DNA of 63,977 bases, counting the filler, from Trypethelium eluteriae (Eukaryota), in NCBI GenBank assembly GCA_051942245.1. It is 3 parts of 3 records of this genome, joined end to end, with 100 filler letters (N's around TTAATTAATTAA, not from the genome) between each part and the next. Parts side by side here need not be neighbours in the genome. Positions count along the whole stretch, not along the records: positions 21,785 to 43,459 come from JAVECL010000465.1; 2 more parts are not named here. The stretch is one strand, 5' to 3'. Positions within the stretch are counted from its first letter, which is position 1. Each line of letters begins with the position of its first letter. The position numbers were made by a program, and so were the translations under genes. Shown piece after piece: positions 29,236 to 41,886 of the stretch. The notes beneath the pieces were generated by a model, which was not told the DNA's origin, made no database searches, and saw only the letters and a program-made list of their open reading frames with translations.

Positions 29236-32200
29236 TCATCGCATCGCTCTCTTCGTAGCACCTCGACCCTCGACCCTTCCAAACCATGCCCACAGCCTTG
29301 GAAATTCCTTGTCAAACTCCTGCTGCCCCAGATCCGTCCGTCGACTAGTTGCCATTGCGTATCGCATTTCTCTGATCACGGGCCAGATAGCACAGTCTGC
29401 AACGGTAAAGGTAGGACCCGCGAGGAATCCGTTGCTATCCAGACTGGAATCCCGATGCTTCAGTGCGAAATACAGTGGATGAGGTGTTGCGGTTGGATCG
29501 TGAGGCGAGAGAAACTGCACTTGGAAATGATGGAGCCAGAGAGTATAAAGGTCCATGCTCTCGTAGAGGAACGACAGACTGAAGCTGGTGTTGCCTTTCT
29601 TGTGCCTCGTCTCTTCTGCACTGTTATCTTTTCGGATCGCGTGCCCATCTTTGTCAATGGTTCTATCAAGGTAAGCCAGAATCTCGAGTGCGCCTTCAAC
29701 TTCAGTGTGTTTGCTATCTATATCCCGGAAAGCAATTGTCCTTCTTCGTCGCTTACTGAAGGTGGAAAACTCGACCTCAGGAGGCGCCTCCACAGTTGCA
29801 TAGGGAAGAGCTAGCTCTTCTAACCACATCTTTACCCGTAGATCTTGTACTCGGTCGGGACCGAGAAAGAGGATAGGAGTATTTTCGGGGGATTCTCGAA
29901 GGTGCAGCACGTCACTGCCATTGCCGTAAACTCTTTTCCAGTCGAACTGGTCGCTCTCGTGGTTCTCTTTGCCAAAGGCATGGACCAGCTTCTCTGACTC
30001 AGACGGATCGTTATTGATTGGGGGTTTTGCTGTTTCCTTGCTTTTGTTCGTTGCACCTTGGCCCCAAATTCCCTGTCGACCGTCTGCTCCAGGCGAAATA
30101 AACGTTCCGATATGCCGGAACGTAAGCGAGATACGGATGCCGCCATATGCCGTTTCCGCATCGCTCCGGCTACTCGATGGACGCTTGTCCGTGTTGATGC
30201 CGTGCAACCAACGCATATTAGTCTTTGGACCCAGGATGAAAAGAGAATTGTGTGGCATGACAGTGCGTTGCGTTTGGCGCGACCCAGCTGGATCCTGCTC
30301 GTATTTCTCAAGCTGTTCCGGTGTGAGAGCCGACTTTTTGAGACGAAGTCGCATCGTACGTTGAGCTCCAAAGCTTGCGTTTGCTATACTGGAGCCACGC
30401 ACGATATCCAAAGTCTTGTCAGAATGCTCTGAAATATAGTCCGCGCCTGAGCGATAGAGCTGGATCAAGACATGGTTTACAGGATGTTTGAGGACTTTTT
30501 GTACCCGTTCACGTATTCGCTGCGCAGCTGGCGAAAAGCGCATCGTAGGTAACGCTTGGTCCGATGGGTGCCGATATATGGGCTCGGTGCCATCTTCACC
30601 AATCTGTCCCTGTACAGCGACTAATCTGGGGACCTCTCCTTGTTGGTGGAACATTTTTTGCCATCGCACTTCGTCATAGAGCTGCTGGAAGATGTTCTCC
30701 ACATCGTGATCATCAGCCGCGGATTGTGGCCCGCCTTTTGACTGAAGCAATTCCTGGATAATATATGAATCCCCCTCGCCTATCACATCGTCCGGTCCTA
30801 GATCTTGATCTGGGCTTTTGCTCCCTACCATTGCCGGAATTGAAGCTTCACGTTCCTTCTGTCGAGCCGCTGCGACGAGGCTTTTTCTGTCAGTGAGCTG
30901 CTTTGTGGTAGATTGCTACAGCTGTCCTCATACCGGGCGTTTTTGGGTGATGGCTCGTCGTCTGTGAGCGCTGCAGGCTTGCGAGCATCTTCGATTAACC
31001 TGACACCACTATTGAGGTGATCGTTCAGCTTGGCAATGGCTCCCTCGATTCTCGCGTCGACCTTTTCAAATTCATCCTTCAGCCTCTGACTTTCTCTTTT
31101 ACCTCGGAATCGAGGTTGTTTGTACATCCTGTTGGGATGAGGTACACTCACTCCGGACTCTTGCTGCGTGTTCGAGACCGCTGCCTCCGCACGCTCTCGG
31201 GTACCTCCACTTCTTCGGACGATAGGCTTCTGCCTGATTCTTCTCGGTCGCGGTATTTCAGCGTCATTCGTTGCATTTGATGCTGAGGGAGTGCCTATTG
31301 AGGTCGAATCCGGTAAGCCGTCGCTTAGCGTCATTCTCTCCAACGCACCTTCAACAATTTCACGATCCTTGGAAGAACGTACAGGATCGCTTTCGGTTGC
31401 CTTTCCTATCAGCTTACTGAGCTCTAGACTGATAGCCATGGTAGCACCCATTAGTTCTTTCATCTGTTTGACGGACTCATCGTGCAAAGGTCGATGGCGG
31501 TATCCACAACAATCTTCAAGAACATTGATGGCAAGTCCATGCCTTGCAGCATCCATGGCTGTAGCATAGATAGACATGTTTGTCAATACTCCACAAAGAT
31601 AAATCTCGGTGACTAGCTTGGTCCGTAGGGTCAAGAGAAGATTGGTATTGGTGAAAGCAGAATACTTGGTCTTGATAATTTCGAGATCCCTGGTTGGGTC
31701 AATGAACGGTTTGAAGGAGTCTTCAATCTCAGCGCCCCATGTACCCGCAATGCAAAAGACTCGTAGCCTTTCGGCTTTGTCGAGGAACAATTCTTCGCTA
31801 CCCTCATCTCTTTGAATTGTTGGGAGTCCTTGGAGTTCTTCGGGCGTTTCAGATTTGGCGCGGTCCTGCTTTATCGTCTCAAGCAGCGCTTTGGTGCGAG
31901 TCATCCCAGCCGGAGGATGTGTCGGAGAGACTGGTGGTGATGGATCAACGTCTGCTTCCAGCGGATCGACATCGTCGTGGTCTTCTTCGGAATCACTGTC
32001 GACTGCAACATCATCGGACTTCTCCTCAACACGGTAAATGACCCTTTCGCCATGCTCTTCCTCCGAATCGTTGACGGTGACATCGCCAGCGTACTCAGAG
32101 CGAGCCCAAACAATTTCGCCTTTCTCCCGAAATGGGGGGATGACGGCCTTGATTCGGTCTAGAAAGCCATACGGCTGAAGCTCTTCGAGAAAGCCTGCTT

Positions 32201-32330
32201 GAGGAGCAACAAAGTCGTTTTGTAAGCCGAGGATAATAAGGGCACTACGGGTTTGGAAGTGGGGCTGGTTTTGAGCCAGCAGATCTAGAAAGGAAGCCAT
32301 AGTGAACTGATCAGAGGTATTGTCAGCCAT
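29236..32330 (-). CDS. Isochorismatase-like + AlkB-like 2OG-Fe(II) oxygenase + GST-C-like fusion protein
   Basis: ALIILGLQNDF, KTKYSAF, GVLTNMSIYATAMDA; then HSD...WLHGI...RISLTFR; then FLAGPTFTVADCAIWP. An intron at about 30933-30881 joins the two ORFs. Start is ATG 32330 or 32300. Confidence 0.85.
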
Positions 32331-33677
32331 GATGGCAGCGTGAGGCACTGCCGTGGAAACGTACCTTCTACCATTTACCACTTTGTTCTCAGGAGCGACA
32401 TGGGCACCTAGCCGGAGATAGGAAATCAAAAGGCTGCAGCAATCCGTAAGACGACTTCGTCTCGTAAGAGGCACGGGGCCGGTACAGGCGCTGCAATTTA
32501 CATTCTGAGCGAGTGGCTACCAAGCGGACGGACAGAGGTAATCGTGCAGGCGCACGGTGACCGCAGAGTCGTCCAGGATGGCACTGCACCCCACGCCCCA
32601 ACGGCTCAGTATCCGAGGACAGCAGTCACCAGCCGGAAGCCGGGTTAGCAGGCAGACGTTGGTGTTTGAGATGGCCCTGGCGGGATCGGTAGAGGGTGAA
32701 GGGTAAAGGAGCGATATGAAGGTGTAATAGACCATCCAACAGCGCGCAGGCGACGTCGTCGTCGAGGGGAGGCTGCTGGGGGGGGGAGTGCACCGTGGTC
32801 AAGGCCGTGAGACCAAAAAAGATCGTCAAGACTGGAGGACCCTGTAACTAAGGTACGCACGCTACCTCACCACCGCACAATGCCAAGGTGCGAGCTTCAG
32901 ACACGGGCCGCATCTGGTCGGGCCGCGCAATTCCCGGCGTAGGGCCAATCATGGAAAAGCTCGACGGGGTATTTTCCCTTTTTGCGTGCCACGTTGCCTG
33001 CCGTACATGCATGTCTGCGTCCAGCGCGGATCATGTGCCCTGGCTCTCCTGCTCACCTGCTGCTGTGCATCGTAACGGATGCGGAGGAAGCTGAGCTCAC
33101 CCTCATCCGCGCTGGTGCGAGAGTGTACAACGCACCGGCCAGGCCGGACTCGCAGGACTGGATCGAAGGTTTGGAAAACAACGGACGACTAATACAACAA
33201 GCGCACCACCACCTCGCCTTCAGCTCATGCGCAGGCGAGCCAATCCCGACGGCGTCTGTTCTCCCGGGCGCTTATCTGCGTTCTTATGATCACGTCCCGC
33301 TTAGGTGCAGCCGGGAGCCAGGCAGTTATGGCCCTTACGCCGTGAAGCTTTGGTGGTTTGGTGCTTTCACCCTTTCACCCTTTCACCAGCCCACCGCCAT
33401 GCTCTTTCGTCGCCAAAAGCGCACATCCTCACTGCTTCGAGAAATTCCTTCCGGCGCGAGTGCGCGGCTACAGTGGCCTGAGTGGCCGCGTTATTCTTTC
33501 ATGCAAGCGGGCAGCAACAGGTGAACAGCTCCTCCGCATCCGACACCCCGTATAAAGGTAAGGCGCGCGCACCCAAGTACCTAAGCTTTGCGGACTAGCG
33601 CGCTTCGAGTGAGTCGACCCGAGCCCGCCAACGATCGGCAGACAGCCCCATCTCACACTCGGTCGCTTGCTCGCGAC

Positions 33678-35253
33678 TCACTTGGTAAAGAAACTGGTGA
33701 TCTTCTTATTTCTCTCTCCTCCTCCCTTGGCGGCACGACCCTTTGGGCTCAAATTGCTTGTCGCACTGCGCGTCTTGCGCCGCGATCGCCCCGCCGTTTG
33801 CTCCAACGAGCCTTCGCTTTGGTTCTCCTGTAACACATCCGCGTCGCCCTCCTCGATCGAGCCGTGATCATCCATTTTTTGCGATTTCATCAGGGGTTCC
33901 CCCGCCCCATCAGCGGTGTCACCATCTCGACTCCAGCTGTGCTCCCTCTTGACAGCTGATGAATGCTTCGTATCATTACTGATCGGCTTGACAGGAGCAG
34001 GTACCGGAGCGTTGGAATCACCGCCATCTTGATTGAGCGTCGCATCATCGTTCGGTTCGTGCTTAACCTGGCTTTCCTTGGATCTCACTGCGTCTGTTGC
34101 TTGACGTGTCGCCTCACTTTCCATCTCCTCGGTTTGCGCAGCTTTTTTTTGATTCCCAAAGAAGTTTGCAATATTGTTTTTATTTTCGCTGCTGTTCAGT
34201 GGAACAACGAATGATGGGGAGTTGTTCCCAACTTTATTGACATCTTTGCTCACCGGGTAACATTCCAGTTCTCCCTGGTAAGGTTTCAAGAGAGATTGTA
34301 GTTCCTTGTTCCATTCTGCACGTCCAGGATCTAGCCAAGTTCGGACTTCGTCTGAGCCGTTGTTGAGGATGACCGGCATTCGATCGTGCAAGAACTGGAG
34401 CTGCTTATTCGCGTCCGTGGTGATGATAGAGTAGGTGTACAATTTCTCCTCGGAGTCTGTGCCACTGATGAGTATTTCCTAATTGGGCTTTGGAGGAACA
34501 TGATGCTGCAGTAGATTCGCAAGGCACAGACTCCTAATGGAAGCTATCCTTGGCTGTATGTACGACTCACCTTCAAACTTGGTACAATCCCATAATCCGG
34601 CAAAGCACATCAACTGGCCATCCTTGCGCTTGACAAAGTGTGGTAGTTTCTCCTTTCCTCCGTGTTTCTTGAGCCACTCATAGAATCCTTCGCATATTAC
34701 TATGCATCGCTTCCTATGTTTCATCGTATTCCACATGCCCTTATTTTCAATTAAGGAGTCGTCTCTGCAGTTGATGGTCTTCATCATGGATCCATAATCA
34801 GGATTTCGCTTCGTCCAGAAGGGGACTAGGCCCCACTTCATGGCTTGCAATTTGTAATTTGTGGGATGAATATTGCTTTCGGCATCAGCGGTAACTTTAT
34901 TGAGTTGCTCTTCTTCGGTCATGTTACTATATTCGACCGCTGCTGCTGCCTTGTTCATGGCATCGTCCTCCGATTCAGTCTTGTCCTTGCCTTTCGCCTC
35001 TCCATCCCTTTCCCTCTGCCCGGCTCCATAGTCGGGTACGTCAGCTCTGTAGACAAGCCCAAAAGAGCCAGGCGCAAAATTATAGGTTTGGCGGACTTCG
35101 TTATCGTCCGGAGCTTCCTGCGAAGGCATGCCTTCCTCTTCAAGTCGCCGTCGCACCTCTGACGGGCGCTATTCGAACTATCAGCTTCTCGATCAGAAAT
35201 GGATATCAATGCATAGCTTGGCGTACCGAAAAGAAAGCATAGCGACCACACAT
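33678..35253 (-). CDS. SRAP/DUF159 abasic-site-protecting protein (HMCES/YedK family), 3 exons
   Basis: First exon ATG 35253 encodes MCGRYA (catalytic Cys2; missed by the ORF track). Also YNFAPG, MKWGLVP, INCRDDS, GFYEW, HDRMP. C-terminal KKITSFF resembles a PIP box. Confidence 0.92.
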
Positions 35254-35479
35254 ATTTGTACGGAGTACACGTAAAGTTAAGGTCTGCGGGGAGACGCGTA
35301 AATTGAATAAATCGCGTGCCACCAGCTAGCGGGTGATGTCACACAACCACCCAAGCTTCCTCAGCCCTACAAAATTTCAGACCTCAACGCCACTCTAGCC
35401 CAAGCTCCAAACAGAGTGAAATTTTTGTTCGATGCATTGAGTGTCGGCGAAATCTCCGATTACAGAGTCGATTAAGGCG

Positions 35480-37086
35480 ATGAATGCCCGGAGAGCAGCA
35501 CATAGCCTTTCATTTTTGTCATTCCAAGCGTTTCCATTGGCTCCACTACGATCATATCTGTCTCAAGCACAACAGCAAAGATGCATCATTCATCGCGCCT
35601 CGAACCCCAGATCCAACCTTCGAGTCAATATCTCTAGACAAAATCAAATTCAATGTCGACACAAAAGCTTCATGCAGTCCTCCCGAGAACTTCTCCGGGA
35701 ACACCCTGTCGTCTTTCCCACTGTCATGATCGGGTATGTATCTGTGTCCTCATTCGATGCTCCTGCCTCCTCAATCCTGCTAAGATGCCTCTCTTTCCTG
35801 AAGTATCTTCATTGCTATGTCCTCCTTCTTCTACACAAATTACATTTACCAAACCTACTTTCTGGGCGCCTACCACAACTACCCTGAACCTGTGGCCATT
35901 AAGCTCCGTCGCGCGATCTACTACACAAACTACTCTCTGGACGCCAAGGCTGCCCTCAAATACTACAAACAGGCTTTACAGCTAGCCGAGGAGCATCGCA
36001 TGGACCCATTCAGCGATGAGGTGCTCGGCATCAAGATCTCTGTGGCGCATCTGATGGAAAAAGTTGGGAAGCACGCGCAAGCGATTGAGATTTTGGAGGT
36101 GGTGAAACGGGATTGTTTAAAGTGGGTGGAAGAAAACGGAGAGGAGGCTCTAAGGGCGGAAGAGAAGCTCGTGGATAATGGGATGGGAGAGGAGGAAAAA
36201 GTCGAGGTGCTGAAGCAAAATGAGCTCGTGAGATTGAGCAGAGGGAAGAGGACAAGGCTCCTAAAGAAGGTAGTACAGTTTAGTGCGAAATTGGGGGAGA
36301 TGTATGCAGATCCGCACGTATGGAACAGGGATGCGGCGGAGGAGAGACTGGTCTGGGCGGTAGAAGCGGGATTGAAGGAGAAGGAAAGGAGGGAAAGAGA
36401 GGGGGTGAAGGAAGGCGAGGAAAACTGGTTAAGTGACAATGAGCTTGGAGCTTCTTTGGAATGTAGGTTTGTACTGCGGGCCTGGCGAAAGCCGGGGCGT
36501 GAGGGGTTTCCATCGCTAACTTATTTTTCCCTTTCCATAGCATTAGCACATGACTTTGAAGCCAAGGATATGCATTTCCTGGCGACGCCGCTGTTCCTCC
36601 AGGCCCTCTCTCTCCAGGGCAAGACCGACTGCCACACAGTGGTACTCAGTAAGTCGGGCACTATTCTTTCATCTCCATAGCTTGTCCATTGACACTTCTA
36701 ATCCAGTGAACAATATCGCAATGTCTCTTTCCCAACAAAATCCCCGCTCTAATCACTCAGGGCCGGGAGGTATCTCCCCATCCACTGGACCTCCGCCAGA
36801 CCTCCGATCAGCCAAGGAAACACTCCTTTCTAATGCAATGGCTTGGGCAGACCGCGCAATATCTGTCGCAGCCAACATAACGCCTCCCGAGCGGACCGAT
36901 GAATGCGATACCGGTTGTGTTGTCGCGACTCATAATTTGGGAGAGATTCTCGAAATGAAAGGACAGCCGCAAGCAGCTAGAAGGCGATACGAAGAGGCGA
37001 AAATTTTATCGAAAGCCATAGGTTTTGACGATGGCGCGAAGCAAGCGGCCGTGGGCCTGAAAAGGTTGAAAAATGCCGGTGCTTGA
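35480..37086 (+). CDS. MGR3: Mgr3-like TPR subunit of the mitochondrial i-AAA protease complex
   Basis: Presequence-like N-terminus and a TM segment, then YPEPVAIKLRRAIYY, DPFSDEVLGIKI, ATPLFLQAL, CVVATHNLGE. Three GT-AG introns. Confidence 0.7.
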
Positions 37087-37194
37087 TACCCATCCGATTT
37101 TCTGGATCAATTGATTGGCTGATGTCCCTCCTGCGCTCTTGGTGATCTTTACGACTCTCGAATGTTTTGACGCATATGAATTTTCCTCGCATAC

Positions 37195-37624
37195 TCATAG
37201 TGGTGCTGCAGCTTCGATTGCTCCGCTAGCTTTGAACGTGGCTGGGCTCGCCACGACGACTTCCACAGGATATTTCCATTCCATAAATCTTGCCCAAGCT
37301 ATGAAGATATGATTAACTCAACACGGCCTCTCTGTGACTTAAAAGTGACTGATAGATGAAGGGCTTACCCCAATACGCACACTTCCGACCAAAGTATTTC
37401 CCGATGTAGGGTACAAGAACCATGGTCAAGAGTAATTGTAGCTGTTGCAGACTTTCTCGCCATTCTTTCTCCGCTTCAGTGTCAACATCATCGGAGTCAA
37501 TATCGCTGTCAGATATCGAAGGCAAGGAGTCCAGTTCCTCATCGCGATCGTCGACATGGCTGCCAGTGGATGGTGGTGATGGATCGTGTACTATGAAAGA
37601 ATGATCCGATACTGTCCCAGACAT
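37195..37624 (-). CDS. MIM2: Mitochondrial import protein Mim2
   Basis: Acidic N-terminus, AEKEWRESLQQLQLLLTMVLVPYIGKYFGRKCAYW. Second exon ARFMEWKYPVEV..., TGA at 37197-37195. Confidence 0.82.
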
Positions 37625-37831
37625 TATGGTATATAGTGAAGCAACACGAGCCAGTCCCAGAATATACTTGACGGCTCGAGTGCTTTGAGAAGACCTAATT
37701 GTGGTTTTCGAGACTCTTTGCGAGGAAATTTGTACCTCGGCGGACTTTCAGACTAAATGCGTAAATGCGTGAGGTCACCAATGCATGTCACGTGCAGAGC
37801 GACGACAGCAGCGGGACTGCATCGCTCCTCA

Positions 37832-37838
37832 TGAGTCA
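37832..37838. promoter_or_regulatory. Candidate Gcn4/CpcA (AP-1-type) site TGAGTCA in the MIM2/SUI3 divergent promoter
   Basis: ATGAGTCAC about 130 nt upstream of the SUI3 ATG. CACGTG E-box at 37789-37794. Confidence 0.4.
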
Positions 37839-37967
37839 CTTTCTCGAACTACGTCCGGTCGTCAATTTCCATGCTCTCTCTCCTGTTGCATAAAGTCCCA
37901 GTCGAGCACATTATTCATTTTGAGAATTTTGAACAGCTCATCGGCCGGAGGTTAAAGAAGCACAATT

Positions 37968-39392
37968 ATGGCAGAAACTGTAAGTCAGACTCCTCCGACA
38001 CCTACCCCTCCAAACTTTGCACTGAAGAGCCTTATTCTACTGAATGACAATCAAGAAAAGCTGACAATGATCATTCAGGAGTCCACTTCTGAACGTAAAC
38101 CGCGCAAGTCGGTTGCCTTCAGCGAGGACACTACTATCGTCGACGGCAATGGCGAAGTCAGAGAAATGAATGGCAACGGTGCAGCCATGCCTGGTGAGAA
38201 AGACAGCGCCGAGTCTCACTCCAAAACAGAAGACAAAGATTCCGATGACATTGATGCTATGATGCAGGACCTTTCTCTCAAGAAGAAGAAGAAGCCCAAG
38301 AAGAAGGAGGGCGACGAGGAGAAATCCAAAGAGGCAGAGAAAGCTGAGGCAGATGGCGACGATCTGGACCTGAGCGCAATCAAGAAGAAAAAGAAGAAGA
38401 AAGTTCCCAAAAGTGAGGATGACTTCGAGGCGAAGCTCGCAAAGGCTGGAGGTACAGAGGGAGAAGAGAAAGACGATGAGGCTAGCGGAGAGGCTCAGTC
38501 CCAGGAACAAGAGGGCGACCAGGAGAAAGGCACTGGCATCTGGGCACACAACAATGCGACTTCCATTGGGTACAATGCTCTTTTGTCAAGGTTCTTCACG
38601 CAGCTACACTCGTACCACCCAGATCTGGCAAGCGGAGTTTCGAAGAGCTACAAGATTCCGCCTCCGCAATGTCTTCGAGAAGGGAACAAAAAGACGATCT
38701 TTGCAAACCTTGCTGAGATTTGCAAACGGATGAAACGAAATGACGAACACGTATGTTCTGCTCGAGAGTTTTATATGTGTTCATGTAACTCATTGTTTTT
38801 CGATAGGTCATTTCCTTCCTCTTCGCCGAACTTGGTACGAACGGCAGTGTTGATGGAAGCCGACGTTTGGTGATCAAGGGGAGATTCCAACAGAAACAGA
38901 TAGAGAACGTCCTACGTCGGTACATCGGTATGTCTTCTTCATGATTTTAGAGACTTGAACTTGGCTAACAAATCGTTCCTAGTCGAATATGTCACTTGTC
39001 GAACCTGTCGATCCCCAGATAGCGAATTATCGAAAGGCAAGTAATCGATCTAAAGTTACTGCTCAATTGGCTAACTTTAACACAGGGGAGAACCGTCTCT
39101 GGTATGTCACCTGCCATAGGTTCGTATAATCCCATTCCAATTCACTCAACGAAATGCTAATTCCCTCATAGTTGCGGCTCCCGGCGCAGGTATGATTATC
39201 TTTTCGTTCTCTCTTCCCCCTCCTTTTCCTTTTTTGGCTGGCTCTGTCGCCCCCAGCCGGAAGAAAGAAGCTGGCCTGAGCGCTTGCCTTTCGAACCTAT
39301 CATGACTTGAGCTAATGAAATACCCTAGTGTTGTTGCAATCAAGAGCGGATTTAGCGCACAAGTCGGCAAGAGAAAGAGGCAGCAAGGCTGA
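37968..39392 (+). CDS. SUI3: Translation initiation factor eIF2 beta subunit, multi-exon
   Basis: Poly-Lys boxes, [50 protein letters not shown], Zn finger CRTCRS...CHSCGS. Includes a 12-nt first coding exon and an 18-nt exon. Confidence 0.95.
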
Positions 39393-40543
39393 AGTAGCTA
39401 TTTCAGCAATTTTTCAACTCCCCGATGGATTCAAGAAGCAATCCTAGGGTCGCTTCCACTAAGTGGTATTCAAGACATAACATTCGGCGTCGGGCGTCAA
39501 CTGACTTACCAGCGGTCTAAGCATTAGGCGGCAACTAGACTGACCATGAAATGCCATTATGACACATACTCCAGCACACCCCTATCTGCTCTGATCATAC
39601 CCACCTACCTACCTGGTATTCCTCAGTCATGAATTCGGGTAGTCATCTATGTCTAGGAACTCAGTAAACTATGCGGCTAACAAAATGCTTCCTTGTATTA
39701 ATTGATGTTGCTAAGGCTCGAGAAGCCATCTACTCAATCTCCAATGGACTATGCGAAACACGCGTTCAGAGTGATGACGGAAGATCTCTTTATTAACACC
39801 CAATCCCCCTTCCCTCCCCCTCGCTTATCAGCTGGTGCTTAGGTTCCGTCTCCGTTTGCTTTTCTTGTGCTACCTATTGATCTTTATATAACGATTCAAC
39901 TCGTTGACCTTAATTTATTATTCACCAACAGAGCAGGAATTCATGTCTTAATTCACGTGAGTAGGGTATGGATACTAAAATACCCAAGCCAATGCTACTT
40001 ATTATAAGCGCCGAGACCTTGTAAGCGCCGGTTGCCGTCATCAGCGGGGTATGCACGACTTTCTTTAGACCAACCATCGCCCGTCTGCTCTTATCCAAGA
40101 CTAGATCCTCATGTGAGAACCAATAGGAGCGTTTTATATTGCTTTAGAAGCGGCAAGGTTCGAAGAACCCCGGAGACAGCTAATCAATGTGGCGCGGTCT
40201 GCAGAATGCATGGCCTTTTAAGCTAGAGCGCGTCGCTCGAATTCGTACAAGAGCTCCAAGGCTCTTCGCAAAGCTGAGTGCTACTTTTTCTTGTATATCT
40301 TTCTCACTATCGGGTCCCTGTATCGGAAACTTCAATCGTACAAATCTCGACCGCGCCTGCACAACGTCGTCGACAGGCTCCACAGCGAAGCAGGCTGTGA
40401 GTACACTGTCCAGCAAGCTTCAGTCTGTTGAATAGGACCATCCCCTGCATTAGCTTGTGTTGCTTTGTATTTGTGCTTGTTTTCTCCTCTGAACATTCAA
40501 GTATCACCAGAATCTCGATATCCTTCTCTTCTCAGCGACAGTC

Positions 40544-41886
40544 ATGTCTGGACAACAACCCTATTATCCTCGTACGAACCCCACAGCTCAAAACGCCTTT
40601 TGATTTACTCATAGTATACAGCGCCCCCAGAATTGAATCGTGATGAAAAAACGCCACAGGCACAATACTATCCTCGTATGAGTTTCTTGCTCCGAGCAAT
40701 CGTATGAGAACTCTAACTTGCTGTAGCCCCTCCAGAGAAATCTGAGCAACACCAATACTTTCCACCACCGCCCCATCAATCTCAGAATGCGCAATCATAT
40801 CCTCCCCCACCTTCTCAACCAGCAGAGAGTCAGAACGCATATCCACCTCCGCCTATCCAACAAGCGAATTCATTCGATGGCTCCACTGGTAATGGCTTCA
40901 CCGGGCCACCACCTCAAAGTCCTCCCCCCACATCACCTGGCTTCGGCTCGCCGTTCCAACAAGCACGCCAAAACACACAAAGCTTCATCTCCCAAACAGT
41001 GAAAGGACGGACTGCGGATGTGGATGACGAGGGTGCGCCGACTGCAGCGCACTTTGTAGGCGCTGGCGCTACAAAAGATGACGTTGGAACGTTCAATGGA
41101 GGCAGCTATCGGATCAGTCACCGTGACACGAACACGCTGTTGACAGTCCAATTGGCGGTAGGGTGTCCGCTGACTGCCAAGCCTGGGGTTATGATTGCTA
41201 TGTCCCCTACCATCACTCTCAAAGGCGCCATCAAGTTCTCCATGAAGAAGCTCGTAGTGGGAGGTGAGATGGCACATTCGACGTTTACCGGCCCGGGAGA
41301 ATTGCTCCTTGCGCCTGCTGCGCTAGGCGATATCGCGAATATCAGACTCAACGGGGATGGAAAGTGGAATGTGGGCAAGGATGCATTTTTGGCTTGCACA
41401 CAGGGTGTAGTCAAGGAATATAAGAACCAAGGCTTCAAGAAGGCCATGTTCAGTGGTGAAGGGTTCTTTATTTATAACATTAGCGGTGTGGGGATCCTGT
41501 GGATTACGAGTTTGGGAGCCATCATTAGGAAAGACGTAAGTGCTCTCCATGCAACTGCGAAACCTACTTTGCAAATATAAGGGCTAATCACAAAGTAACG
41601 CAGTTGCAAGAGGGCGAGAAATATTTGGTCGACAATGGACATTTGGTGGCTTGGAATTGCAAATACGTTCTGGAACGGGTAGCCAGTGGAGGGATTGTTT
41701 CTGGTATCAGCTCAGGCGAAGGCTTGGTCTGCAAGTTTACAGGTCAGTCAACTTTCAGCTTCAATTTTCGATGGAACAAGCAGGCTAATCAAAAATTACG
41801 TAGGTCCTGGCACAGTGTTCATGCAGACAAGGAACCCGGAGGCTTTCTCAAAATGGCTTGCTGCACATGCAGGTGGTGGACCGTAG
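40544..41886 (+). CDS. AIM24: AIM24-family (TRAP-like fold) protein with Pro/Gln/Tyr-rich N-terminus
   Basis: [72 protein letters not shown]. Four introns. Confidence 0.82.

Noticed and set aside
32475..33677. GC-rich short ORFs, including 32982-33524
   Set aside because: No protein-like signature; more likely promoter/5'UTR of the isochorismatase-AlkB fusion gene.
39189..39328. Possible intronic C/D snoRNA in SUI3 (ATGATTA...CTGA)
   Set aside because: The box C candidate overlaps the splice donor; no terminal stem or recognisable guide sequence.
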